DNA of 64,000 nucleotides from an uncultured Candidatus Saccharibacteria bacterium (GTDB lineage Bacteria; Patescibacteriota; JACMRA01): NCBI GenBank assembly GCA_964434775.1, contig CAYSWH010000005.1, positions 2,706 to 66,705 of the forward strand, read 5' to 3'. Shown piece by piece: positions 1 to 9,187 of this stretch (position 1 is its first letter; each line of letters starts with the position of its first letter). The notes under the pieces were generated by a model. It saw only the letters and a program-made list of their open reading frames with translations, ran no database searches and was not told where the DNA came from. The position numbers and the translations under genes were made by a program.

Positions 1-690
1 CATCCAAGCATTTGATCTTTCCACCACCCATCTCATTGGTAAGACTTGAAACCCTTTTTGGCCTTCTAACTTTTCTACTACCTCAATACAAACCTGATTT
101 GATTTTTCATAAAATTCTACAGCAAAGTCTTCTCCGGAATAACCCTCATCTACTTTTACCACTTCACATCTGCTGAATACTTCATCCCTGTTATTGCCGA
201 TATTTTCAGCTAGAATCAAACCTCCTTCCCTATCTCCAATGTTTGCAGAGCTAATCTTTCTACTCCAATTTAAGCCTAGAGTATCACAAGCTAGATGTTT
301 TTTTATTCCTTTTACTTTTTTGTTTCCGTCTATGCCCGATTCGCAGCCGGTATCAGTATTTTTAACGCTTTGAGAGTCTAGGATAAGGCAGCTGGGATTA
401 TTCTCTCTTGCTTCTTTTGCAATTCGGACTTTTTGGTTTAACGTAAGCTTGATTTTTTCCCAAATACCTAGCTTTGTTAGTTTTCTAAAATGATAAAAAC
501 AAGTTCTCCATGGAGGTAAGTCACTAGGAATATCTCTCCAAGTACATCCATTTTTGGCTACATAGAAGATTCCGTTAAGGATTTCGTGATAAGCATATGT
601 TAGAGGGCAAGTTTTTGTCTCTGGTAAAAAAGAACAAATTGCGTTATATTCCCTATTGGTTAGGTCGGAGGTGTATTGTTTTTTAGGCAT
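1..690 (-). CDS. IS5/IS4-superfamily DDE transposase (C-terminal end runs off the window)
   Basis: Hand translation of the minus strand from ATG 690-688 stays open to base 1: MPKKQYTSDLTNREYNAICSFLPE...NGCTWRDIPSDLPPWRTCFYHFRKLTKLGIWEKI...LILDSQSVKNTDTGCESGIDGNKKVKGIKKHLACDTLGL...VVKVDEGYSGEDFA...FQVLPMRWVVERSNAWM. The WRD(I/L)P..PW N-terminal motif and the DDE / RWVVER core are typical of IS5-type transposases. It is absent from the ORF track because there is no stop in the window. Confidence 0.8.
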   Translation of the reverse strand, partial: MPKKQYTSDLTNREYNAICSFLPETKTCPLTYAYHEILNGIFYVAKNGCTWRDIPSDLPPWRTCFYHFRKLTKLGIWEKIKLTLNQKVRIAKEARENNPSCLILDSQSVKNTDTGCESGIDGNKKVKGIKKHLACDTLGLNWSRKISSANIGDREGGLILAENIGNNRDEVFSRCEVVKVDEGYSGEDFAVEFYEKSNQVCIEVVEKLEGQKGFQVLPMRWVVERSNAWM

Positions 691-783
691 TCCCTCCTCC
701 TAGCCTAAAAGAAAGTATTTTGAAAAGACGTTGGACAGGTTCTTAAAAAATATCAAAAAGTGCTTTTAAATAGACGGATTCGC

Positions 784-1278
784 ATGAAAAAATCTTCAAA
801 AAAACCAATCGCCTACATTCTCCATGGTTTCGTGGGTGCCGGCAAGACAACATTTGCCAAACGCTTGGAGGAGGAAACTGGTGCTGTTAGGTTTACTAAC
901 GATGAGTGGATGATTCGGCTTTATGGCAAAAATCCACCGGATGACAAATTTTCTGAATATTACGAACGGACAAACACGCTACTTCACGAAATTGCTTTTA
1001 AGTGTTTAAGAGCAGGAGTTGATGTTATTTTTGACGCAGGATTTTGGACTAGAAAAGGTCGGGACGAAATTAGAAAAAAAGTGACTGAAGCTGGGGCCGA
1101 TTACCAGCTGATTTGGGTGAAAACACCAAATACACTCATGGAAGAACGTGTTTTGAAACGCAACGACAACTCTTCTGAACAAGCTTTCTATATAGATAAG
1201 GCCGCCGTAGAAAACTTCAAAACCCGTTTTGAACCACTCGAAGAAGATGAGGAGTGTGTGATGGTTGAAAGCAACTAG
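784..1278 (+). CDS. P-loop kinase-like ATP-binding protein (AAA_33 / zeta-toxin-like fold)
   Basis: Walker A motif HGFVGAGKTTFAKRL near the N-terminus in a ~165-aa single-domain protein. The track ORF starts at a GTG at 760; the ATG at 784 (MKKSSKKP) is more plausible. The segment is visibly GC-richer than the surrounding sequence. Confidence 0.55.
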   Translation: MKKSSKKPIAYILHGFVGAGKTTFAKRLEEETGAVRFTNDEWMIRLYGKNPPDDKFSEYYERTNTLLHEIAFKCLRAGVDVIFDAGFWTRKGRDEIRKKVTEAGADYQLIWVKTPNTLMEERVLKRNDNSSEQAFYIDKAAVENFKTRFEPLEEDEECVMVESN

Positions 1279-1303
1279 ATTATCTTAAATTAAATTCCTA
1301 ACC

Positions 1304-1849
1304 CTACGAACCCTTAACAAAGTCGTGATACTCCTGTGGTAAGTCAAAATTGTAGGCTTTACAAAGTTCACTCACGGCTTCGAGGTACTTGTGTGGGTGT
1401 TGGTGTATCCACGGTGCCAAAAACTCGACCATATACTTGGCCAAAATGCAATTTACTTCTTGACCTGCTATGGTTCCGGTTTCACTTAACGCCTTAGTTG
1501 GATACATTATTCCATCCACAATTTCACCACTTTGGTCATACACAAAAGCATGTACGTCTATTTCGTGTCCTTTATCATCAGCCAAAACAAAGTTCCACTG
1601 ACTGTCCTCTCTCACTTGCTCGTACCCCTGACCGGCCAAAAACTCTCGCAGCCTAGGAACATCCTTCCACTGCATGGCGATATCCAAATCGTTGTGTGGC
1701 CTAAGTTGTTTGCCTAGCAGAGCGTCAACCGCCCAACCACCGTCAACCCAGGTTTCAATCTCGAGATCAATCAGTTGATTGTAAAACCAAACTACATATT
1801 CCGCAGTCATCAATGGTTCAGAATTTTGGGTGTTTGAGTTTGCGGGCAT
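1304..1849 (-). CDS. Nucleotidyltransferase of the ANT(2'')/Lnu (aminoglycoside/lincosamide nucleotidyltransferase) type
   Basis: WVDGGWAVDALLGKQLRPHNDLDIAM resembles the WIGGGWAIDARLG..R.H.DIDL active-site segment of ANT(2'')-Ia-like enzymes. Its ~180-aa size fits, and it converges on the kinase gene. Confidence 0.6.
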   Translation of the reverse strand: MPANSNTQNSEPLMTAEYVVWFYNQLIDLEIETWVDGGWAVDALLGKQLRPHNDLDIAMQWKDVPRLREFLAGQGYEQVREDSQWNFVLADDKGHEIDVHAFVYDQSGEIVDGIMYPTKALSETGTIAGQEVNCILAKYMVEFLAPWIHQHPHKYLEAVSELCKAYNFDLPQEYHDFVKGS

Positions 1850-1990
1850 AATTTTGATGGATCTTGATGCATAAGATATCTACACTTGCACAAAATATTT
1901 ATATCATCATAGTTCCAGTCAAGGATTTGACATGTTTTTATAAAACATGCGACAATCCGGGTGTTAGTACCAATTAAAAAAACTAGGAAA

Positions 1991-2575
1991 ATGTATTTAA
2001 CTCATTCATTTGTTGCGATAAAAAAAGGAGAACTTGACTATTTAATGTTTTATATAACCGAAGATTATGTTCAACAGCAAGTCAAGTTGAAAGAACAATT
2101 GAACCCTTTACTCGAAGATTTGGGAAGAAATCTTTTAGACAAAGGAGCTGTTGTAACAGCATTTGACAGAGACTTAGAATCTGCTAACCAAGAGTTGACT
2201 GAAAAATTTGACCAAGACTTCACAAGAGAAATAATAATCTCTTTTGACCGCCAAATGGAAAAACCTGGCTTACTTATTCTAAATTCTGACATTGAATCCT
2301 TTGACCCGAAAAGTCATAAATGGATTTACATTTCATTTCGAGAGTTTTTGGACGAATATGGTGGGGTGAAAATCTATAAGCTTAAAGAAATGTTCGACAT
2401 CTTAACTACAGCTATCAAAGAGAACAAGGACTTATTTAAGGAAGCGGAAAATCATCTCAAGAAAGAAAAAGCAATTAGTGCTCATAAAATGGTTGAATTG
2501 AGACCATCAATTTTCGGAATCTCACTTGACTTAAAAGAGGCTTTCAACTTCTTCAATCAACTAAGAAACAAATAA
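1991..2575 (+). CDS. Hypothetical protein
   Basis: Long ORF with no recognisable motif. The ATG at 1991 is preceded by AGGAAA; the track start at 1961 is a GTG. Confidence 0.45.
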   Translation: MYLTHSFVAIKKGELDYLMFYITEDYVQQQVKLKEQLNPLLEDLGRNLLDKGAVVTAFDRDLESANQELTEKFDQDFTREIIISFDRQMEKPGLLILNSDIESFDPKSHKWIYISFREFLDEYGGVKIYKLKEMFDILTTAIKENKDLFKEAENHLKKEKAISAHKMVELRPSIFGISLDLKEAFNFFNQLRNK

Positions 2576-2777
2576 AAAACTGGTGCCAACAAAACCTATA
2601 CGCAATACCCTTCGGGACACTGTGCATAGCCAAACCGTTATAGGAACAGTAATTTCACGCAAAAACGTCTTCGTAGAAATATTGTAATAAATTGGATTCT
2701 CAGTCAAAATTTCTTGACCAAACAACGTAATTTTTATAAAATACTACGGTCCACCAGAGTAATTTGCACAAATTAGT

Positions 2778-3911
2778 ATGTTCATCCAACGTAAATTGCA
2801 AAAAATAGTAGAAAACGATCTTGGAAAAGGCAAGGTTATTATCATCTACGGACCTAGGCAAGTAGGCAAAACTACGCTTGTGCGAGAGGTTTTGAAAAAT
2901 TATCAAGGAAAAGCGGAATATTATTCTTGTGAAGAAGGTGACGTGGTGGAAGCCTTGAGCCGAAATACCTCTGCCGGTATAAAACAGTTTTTTGGAGATA
3001 GAGACCTGATTATCCTAGACGAAGCTCAAAAAATCAAAGACATCGGCACCAAGTTGAAACTCCTAATTGATAATTATCCCCAAACGCAACTGCTCGTCAC
3101 CGGCTCCTCCAGTTTTGAACTGGCCAATCAAACCAAAGAACCCCTAACCGGCAGAAAGTTTGAATACTTCCTGTTTCCGCTATCAGTCTGGGAATTGCAA
3201 GAAACGTTTTCAAATACCGAACTCAAAAGAATGCTCCGCAGTTTTCTAACTTTTGGCAGTTACCCGGAAATTGTCCCACTACCCGAAACAGAGGCCAAAA
3301 AAAGACTCAAAGAAATATCCGGTAGTTATCTGTACAAAGACATTTTTTCATTTCAAGAGATAAAAAACCCCGAAGTTCTGAGCAAACTGGTCAAGCTCCT
3401 TGCATTGCAAACCGGGCAAGAAGTTTCTTTTAGCGAACTGGCCAACAAACTTGATGTGAATATTCAAACCATCGAAAGATATATCCGACTCCTGGAAGAG
3501 GCCTTTGTTATTTTCCGGCTACCGGCCTTGAGTCGCAACCAAAGAAAAGAAGTTAGCAAAACTCGCAAAATCTATTTTTACGATTTGGGCGTTCGTAACA
3601 GTCTAATAGATAATTTCAACAACCTTGACCTACGGCTGGATACCGGCAATCTGTTTGAAAATTTCGTAATTTTGGAAAGAATGAAATATCTGGAATATGC
3701 TCAGCTGTATCGAAGCCGATATTTTTGGCGAACCTATAGTCAAAAAGAAATTGATTACATCGAAGAGTATGACGGCAAGCTAAAAGGTTATGAAATAAAA
3801 TGGAACCAAAACCGCAAAGTTAAGCCACCAAAGCTATTTTTGGAAAGTTACCCCAACTCCACTTTTGAGATTGTAAGCCCCGATAACTGGCTGGATTTTG
3901 TGAGTGGGTAG
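2778..3911 (+). CDS. AAA+ ATPase with DUF4143 C-terminal domain (AAA_14 family), copy 1
   Basis: Walker A YGPRQVGKTTL and Walker B LIILDEAQ. The C-terminal region KIYFYDLGVRN...KEIDYI matches the architecture usually annotated as ATPase AAA_14 + DUF4143. Confidence 0.8.
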   Translation: MFIQRKLQKIVENDLGKGKVIIIYGPRQVGKTTLVREVLKNYQGKAEYYSCEEGDVVEALSRNTSAGIKQFFGDRDLIILDEAQKIKDIGTKLKLLIDNYPQTQLLVTGSSSFELANQTKEPLTGRKFEYFLFPLSVWELQETFSNTELKRMLRSFLTFGSYPEIVPLPETEAKKRLKEISGSYLYKDIFSFQEIKNPEVLSKLVKLLALQTGQEVSFSELANKLDVNIQTIERYIRLLEEAFVIFRLPALSRNQRKEVSKTRKIYFYDLGVRNSLIDNFNNLDLRLDTGNLFENFVILERMKYLEYAQLYRSRYFWRTYSQKEIDYIEEYDGKLKGYEIKWNQNRKVKPPKLFLESYPNSTFEIVSPDNWLDFVSG

Positions 3912-4310
3912 TAGAATTTATGGCAGGGTTACCCGATGCTTTGAAGATTACTACAAAATTTACAGTGAGTCGTTGAATCATAATCCAACTATTTAGTGGT
4001 TAGTTAGTAAGTGTTGGATAGCCTTGCCCGGGCTTTGTCTATCTATGAATGATTTATCTAAACTCAATTTTGATTCCAATCTATTTGCACTCACACCTTT
4101 ACCTTCACAATACCTAAAAACTTAGATATACTTAATCTATGGCCAACTTAACCAACCAACAAAAAATCAGAAAGATCAATCAAGTTATGGCTGATTACCG
4201 AAAAAAAAATGAAAGCTTTGAGAATGAAAAGAAACCAAATGGTCCGAAAAATACGTGCAGTCCGTGGTTAACCACAAAGTTAACAAAATTACTAATTTCA
4301 TAAAAAGTTT

Positions 4311-6329
4311 ATGAGCACCGAATCAGCAGCTGTAGAGCAACAAGTTGGTCCTAGTGCTGAAGATTGGGAGCAAGGGGTGGTTAACGGAGAATTTCCAGCA
4401 TCAACTGAGCAGTTGAGAGAATTATTCAATCAGACTGTTGCCAAAGAGCAACAAGCATATACTAGGGAAAGTAATAATGTTTCTGCAGCAACTCTTGAAT
4501 CTATGGAGGTTAAGGGTCTTACTCCTGAACAAATAAATCAAATCGCCTATGGATTAAATCAAATGAATGCTGAACTAGATGATGAAGCTCAGCAGATTGC
4601 TGAGGAGACTCAAGAACAGATTGAGGCGGTTGTTGGAGGGGTGGGAGAGAAAGAGATTACCCCAACTTCCATTTTAGAAGATCCAGATTACTTAGTTCTA
4701 GCTGGCTCTGCAAGTAAAAGTGCTGCCCTAGCTAACGCTAATCCAATAGTTGGAGCCAACAGTCATCGAGACGTCATGATTAGAGAAAGAGTTGAACACG
4801 TTGGTGCCTTACAAGAATTTGCAAAAACTCACCATGACAAAGTTCAGCAATATCTATCTCGCCTTGATGTAGCAACAGGTGAAGAGAAAATTGTGTTAGA
4901 AGAGCTAGTTCGTGCGATTCAACTAGGTAAAGAAAAAGAGGCTAGAATGGCTGCCAATGAAAAAGCTGAGAGAAAACGAAAAGAGCGTGAATCAACAAGA
5001 CTAGAGTATAACGAAATCTTCAAAAGTTTCATGAATGATCCGGTTGATGGTCTAAACGCTCGAATCTGGCGAGGTGTGCCTAGAGAAGAAAGTTTGACTG
5101 GTCATCAATATGATGAGAAAAAGGCGATTATATACCCACAAATGATTAGGGAATTCGCTCAGAAGCATCCTGATGTTTGGGCAAAATATCAAGGGCAAAT
5201 GGGTGGTGACTCGTTTGTAGTTCAGGCCATGGGAGGTCAACCCAACGTACCAATATTTGGGTCATATGGTTCTACCCCTTCTTTGCAAAGATTGCAAAAC
5301 TTACACCAGAGGCAGTCAGAGCAAACTGGAGATACTCAGGCAGATACGTCAACAAAATTAGAAAGAGGCGTAACTCAGGATGCTCAATTTCTCCTTGGTT
5401 TTATCGAAACCTTTGTGACACAAATGGACGTTCAAACTCAGTCACTCAGCATTGATGTCTTAAATGGAGTTCGCAATTCTGCACAAATACCAACAAACCT
5501 CAAAACAGAATTACTTAGTCATTTTGACCAGGAAGGTGGACTCCAAACTTCGCCTGAACAAGTCTCAATGACCGTTTCCAAAATCAAAGAACAACTTCAA
5601 TCTGGCTCACCATCCATAACAACAGCAACTCAATCGATGGAACCTCAAACGCCGGAAAGAGTACATCCTCCTGGACAGACTCAGTCAGGTTTTACTCAAG
5701 CCATGGCTGAGGTTCCAGGTGGTGGAGCAGTTGAACCCACAGGCCAACAACAACAAGGTCCTGAATCCAGATTAAGTCAACCTGAGCAAGTGGTTGTACA
5801 AAAACTAAAAGAGTGTGGATTGGAGGTTTTGGTAGATGAAGATAGATCAAACTTAGACTTCCCAAGAGTTATTCTTGTCAATAATCAAACAGAAACAGGT
5901 CAGGAGAAAGAACCTACGATTAGGATTTATAGAGGTATTAATAATATTACGCAAGCAACAGGTCAGATACCATATGCCATGAGAGCAATGGAAGAGTTTG
6001 GAAAAGTCAAGGAGATTCCTGAAGTTGAATCGCTGGTTAATGAACTAGCCAATAATCCCACTTACGAAAATCTGATGAAATATTTTGAAGCCATAAAACC
6101 CCACTTAAACGAGAATCAGGTTGCAAACATGGAAAGAGATATTGAGAAGGTGGAAAATTACTTGATACAAGGATATAGTGTCCGACAGTCTTTGATTGAC
6201 TTGCAAACACGCCGAATGGGAGGTGTGGCCGACATTGGGATTGCACCATACATTTCTGCCAGTACAGATCTAAATGAGGCGGCTGGATATGGAAGCCGAT
6301 GTACTAGTTATAGATATACCAATTTCTAA
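4311..6329 (+). CDS. Large Gln/Glu-rich protein, part 1 of a probably frameshifted gene. Its C-terminal end carries the YRG and Y-I-S-A-S-T motifs of an R-S-E ADP-ribosyltransferase.
   Basis: 672-aa ORF. TIRIYRG has its Arg codon at 5931-5933, and APYISAST lies at 6249-6266. The ORF runs out 56 nt into the next ORF, which is in the +1 frame. Confidence 0.6.
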   Translation: MSTESAAVEQQVGPSAEDWEQGVVNGEFPASTEQLRELFNQTVAKEQQAYTRESNNVSAATLESMEVKGLTPEQINQIAYGLNQMNAELDDEAQQIAEETQEQIEAVVGGVGEKEITPTSILEDPDYLVLAGSASKSAALANANPIVGANSHRDVMIRERVEHVGALQEFAKTHHDKVQQYLSRLDVATGEEKIVLEELVRAIQLGKEKEARMAANEKAERKRKERESTRLEYNEIFKSFMNDPVDGLNARIWRGVPREESLTGHQYDEKKAIIYPQMIREFAQKHPDVWAKYQGQMGGDSFVVQAMGGQPNVPIFGSYGSTPSLQRLQNLHQRQSEQTGDTQADTSTKLERGVTQDAQFLLGFIETFVTQMDVQTQSLSIDVLNGVRNSAQIPTNLKTELLSHFDQEGGLQTSPEQVSMTVSKIKEQLQSGSPSITTATQSMEPQTPERVHPPGQTQSGFTQAMAEVPGGGAVEPTGQQQQGPESRLSQPEQVVVQKLKECGLEVLVDEDRSNLDFPRVILVNNQTETGQEKEPTIRIYRGINNITQATGQIPYAMRAMEEFGKVKEIPEVESLVNELANNPTYENLMKYFEAIKPHLNENQVANMERDIEKVENYLIQGYSVRQSLIDLQTRRMGGVADIGIAPYISASTDLNEAAGYGSRCTSYRYTNF

Positions 6330-7527
6330 TCTTGAAGGAGCTAGAACTGCTGAAGAAATTCAGCGAGGAGTGGAGGTAATGATTAAAGGAAAATTGGATC
6401 CAAAGTATATTACCGCTGTTATACCAGCCCCGCCTAAGGTTAGTCAAGAAAATAGGAAACCTGAAGTTAAAGCAAATTTACAGGCAGCTATCCAAAGAGT
6501 TAACACACTTACCGGAAAAGATGGACTTCCCAGTCAGGAACTATCTGAGCAATTACCCCAAAGACAAGAGGCTCAACGCCAGTTCGATTCGGAGCGTATT
6601 GCAGGCGAGGCCGAACAAATTCTAGAAACTCGAGCACTGAAGTTGGTTGAAAGGTTCACCAGACTAGACCCTAGGTTGAATATTGATTTAGACTACGAAC
6701 GCCAGGTAGCAGCCCATAAAAATCTAGATATATATACCCATATCAAACAAATAGTCTATGACCACTATGCCAATCATTTTGTCATGCTAAGGCGTTATGA
6801 TGATAGTTTCGATCGAAATAGTGTTGACGAGTCAATGCTAATAGAAATGAATAGAACGTTAAAAAATATGGAAGATAGAATACCACTGGACAGAATACCA
6901 CTAGATTATCCAGATCGATACTCTGGTAATCGAGAAACTCATCGAATTTATAAAGAGCAAGCTAGGCAAGCAATAGTTAATATTTTAAATAATTTTCACA
7001 ATCAAACCTTTTTAAAAAGTCCTGAATTTGCTCAATATGCACAGATCATTAAAAACAGTGAAGACGTCCCTGCAGTTCTAAAAGCTAAGCTTAGTAACAG
7101 AAGAACTCAAAACTCAGAGGCTCTACAAATTTTACAAATGGCGATGAAGTATGTGGTGGATGATTTTACTACTGAAAGCACACTTACATTTAGCAATCAA
7201 CTCGAAGTCGCCCGAATAGGAGTAGATTTTAACTCAACAGTCTACGATTTTCCAGGGCAAAATACAAGTCATCTAGATTTAGCCGTTGCAGAGTTAAGAA
7301 TATACTCGGAAAAATACTCTCCAGTTAACGCAAAGGCTGCTTGCTCTTTATTGGCAGCGGCAGCAATGTCAGAACAAGGGTTAGTTGAACCTTCAAGGGT
7401 ACAAGCATTGTGGAATAAGTTCAAGAATCCATCGATGATTGGAGGCGAACCATGGACTTCGGAAATAGAGGAAGTTATTGGAGAAATTGAGAGCCGAAAT
7501 CCTTTTGGAGTAAATGTTGCCGACTAA
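6274..7527 (+). CDS. Part 2 of the same gene: the rest of the ART-like core followed by ~370 aa of unknown helical region
   Basis: DVLVIDIPISNLEGARTAEEIQRGVEVMIKGKLDPKYI parallels C3 exoenzyme IVLRITIPKGSPGAYLSAIPGYAGEYEVLLNHGSKFKI. The candidate catalytic Glu codon is at 6373-6375. A TAA at 6271-6273 closes this frame just upstream. Confidence 0.6.
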   Translation: MRRLDMEADVLVIDIPISNLEGARTAEEIQRGVEVMIKGKLDPKYITAVIPAPPKVSQENRKPEVKANLQAAIQRVNTLTGKDGLPSQELSEQLPQRQEAQRQFDSERIAGEAEQILETRALKLVERFTRLDPRLNIDLDYERQVAAHKNLDIYTHIKQIVYDHYANHFVMLRRYDDSFDRNSVDESMLIEMNRTLKNMEDRIPLDRIPLDYPDRYSGNRETHRIYKEQARQAIVNILNNFHNQTFLKSPEFAQYAQIIKNSEDVPAVLKAKLSNRRTQNSEALQILQMAMKYVVDDFTTESTLTFSNQLEVARIGVDFNSTVYDFPGQNTSHLDLAVAELRIYSEKYSPVNAKAACSLLAAAAMSEQGLVEPSRVQALWNKFKNPSMIGGEPWTSEIEEVIGEIESRNPFGVNVAD

Positions 7528-7700
7528 GTTGCATCATAAAAATTTTAATCTTCAACCTTGAGGACTTTCAAACCCCAGCAACACCTAGGGTTTTCGGCGT
7601 GGGTCTAGTTTATCAGTTTCTCTAGGCCAAAAGAAAACACAAAAGGGAGAATTATAGTCAACACAAACTTGGACAGTCCCCTTCCAAGGAGGTGGCTTGC

Positions 7701-7767
7701 CGTAGGGAATTTGGGGTATTGAATTACGAAAGAATGTCTAGGTTTAGTAAGGCTTGGCTATATCTCA
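7701..7767 (+). repeat. Partial copy of the junction repeat (..GGAATTTGG..ATGTCTAGGTTTAG..GCTATATCTCA)
   Basis: Aligns by eye with the 3' ends of the repeat clusters at 17601-17897 and 20028-20186. Confidence 0.6.
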
Positions 7768-7800
7768 CAGCAATATTTTTACAAAGGGTTTTCCCGAAAA

Positions 7801-8027
7801 AAACAGTAATTTCACACAAAAACGTCTTCGTAGAAGCAATGTGATAAATGGGATTCACTGTCAACATAATTTAACCAAACAACGTAATTTTTGGTAAAAT
7901 ACTACAGTTGACCAGAGTAATTTGCATAAATTAGTATGTTTATCCAACGTAAATTGCAAAAATGTTACCCAAATTCCACTTTTGAGATTGTAAGCTCCGA
8001 TAACTGGCTAGATTTTGTGAGTGGGTA
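7801..8027 (+). pseudogene. Deletion remnant of the DUF4143 ATPase gene (upstream region + first 9 codons fused in-frame to the last ~21 codons)
   Basis: 7801-7964 aligns with 2645-2806, and 7963-8027 aligns with 3847-3911. The residual ORF at 7935-8027 reads MFIQRKLQKCYPNSTFEIVSSDNWLDFVSG*. Confidence 0.85.
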
Positions 8028-8062
8028 GAATTTATACAGACGTAATGGTTGTATATTTTAGC

Positions 8063-8704
8063 TCATGAAATAATGAGTTCCATCAAAACCTTTATCCCAA
8101 ATAAAATCAAAAAGATTCCACCTAGTCGAGTGATTAGAGTAATGTGCTTTGGCAGAAGTTTACTTTTAAAACTAGCAGTGATAGTTGTTAAAATAAGCCA
8201 CCATACTACCGAACCCAAAAATACTCCTAGCACAACAATTGCACCCGACCAAAAGTCCGGTTTTTCCGTGCTAATTCCCACACCCAAGAAAATTGTGGCA
8301 AAAGCCAGAATGGTTGTGGGACTGCTGAGCGTGAGAAGGTAAATTTTTACAAGATCAAATATTTCCGATTTAGATTCAAGCTCTTTAGCTTCCTTTTCAG
8401 TTTTATCTTTGAAAAAAGTATAACCCAGATAGATGATAAAAATACCTCCAAACAATTTGAGTGGAAATTCGTAACTAAGCAAAAACCGACTAATCGTAGT
8501 TAGACCTAGTGTAGCCACGAGTCCATATGTAGCGTCAGCTAAGGCAATGGACACCCCACTTAATAACCCAACTAACCAACTTCGAGACAAGGTTTTTTCG
8601 ATACACATAAGAGCCATAGGACCAATAGGCATGGCGATGGAAAAACCGATAATAAAACCATGGATTAAAACATCGTAAGACATAATACAAAAAAAATTAG
8701 ACAT
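8063..8704 (-). CDS. LysE/RhtB-family amino-acid exporter
   Basis: ~210-aa multi-TM protein with N-terminal GFIIGFSIAMPIGPMALMCIEKTL typical of LysE/ArgO translocators. The track start at 8719 is a TTG; ATG candidates are at 8704 and 8683. Confidence 0.75.
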   Translation of the reverse strand: MSNFFCIMSYDVLIHGFIIGFSIAMPIGPMALMCIEKTLSRSWLVGLLSGVSIALADATYGLVATLGLTTISRFLLSYEFPLKLFGGIFIIYLGYTFFKDKTEKEAKELESKSEIFDLVKIYLLTLSSPTTILAFATIFLGVGISTEKPDFWSGAIVVLGVFLGSVVWWLILTTITASFKSKLLPKHITLITRLGGIFLILFGIKVLMELIIS

Positions 8705-8729
8705 GAAAAAATCCCCCAAATTGGGGGAG
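8705..8729 (-). terminator. GC-rich hairpin + U-tract directly upstream of the LysE start
   Basis: The minus strand reads CUCCCCCAAUUUGGGGGAUUUUUUC followed by ATG. The palindrome is at 8713-8727 and the A-run at 8706-8711 on the plus strand. Confidence 0.45.
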
Positions 8730-9187
8730 CTGATGAAAACAGAAGTGAAATGCGACTTAACTACACCAAAACTCTACCCCGGCAAATCCGAGAAAGATCA
8801 TTTTGGTTATTAAATAGTTTGATTGTTGAAAACATAATACTTCTTAGGAAGAAGAAATAACATATTATGAGAGTATGGTCAATTAAATGTACCCGTCCAC
8901 CACTCTTGGCACAATGGGTAGTGTTGATTTGCTTTATCAAACAAATCTTAGCGGAAGTCTCTGCTTTCCATTTTCCAAGAAAATGAATTTCAATTTGCAA
9001 CACAGCCCTTGCAGTTCCAAGATAGTGCAAAATTGAGAATGCAAAATGCAAAAAATTTCCTTCTCGAGAGATAGACACCAAAGGTAGACGGAGTGTTTTT
9101 TCTCCTTAAATTAAAATTGTAAAATTCGGAGAGTCCATCACGGATCACCATTGCCAAACCCGACAAGCAGTAGAGGAGGGCTGGCCG

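Noticed and set aside
4139-4303. A 54-codon ORF (MANLTNQQKIRKINQVMADYRKKNESFE...) with an A9 tract (~4201-4209) lies upstream of the ART-like gene. Slipping at the tract would give ..ADYRKKKMKALRMKRNQMVRKIRAVRG*.
   Set aside because: It is too short and low-complexity to support as a gene. Phase variation at the A9 tract is speculation without population data.
6274-6329. The overlap of ORFs 4311-6329 and 6274-7527 could be a programmed ribosomal frameshift site.
   Set aside because: I saw no slippery heptamer and no RF2-type CUU-UGA-like +1 signal in GAGGCGGCTGGATATGGAAGCCGATGTACTAG. A mutation or sequencing indel is the simpler explanation, so I have not claimed recoding.
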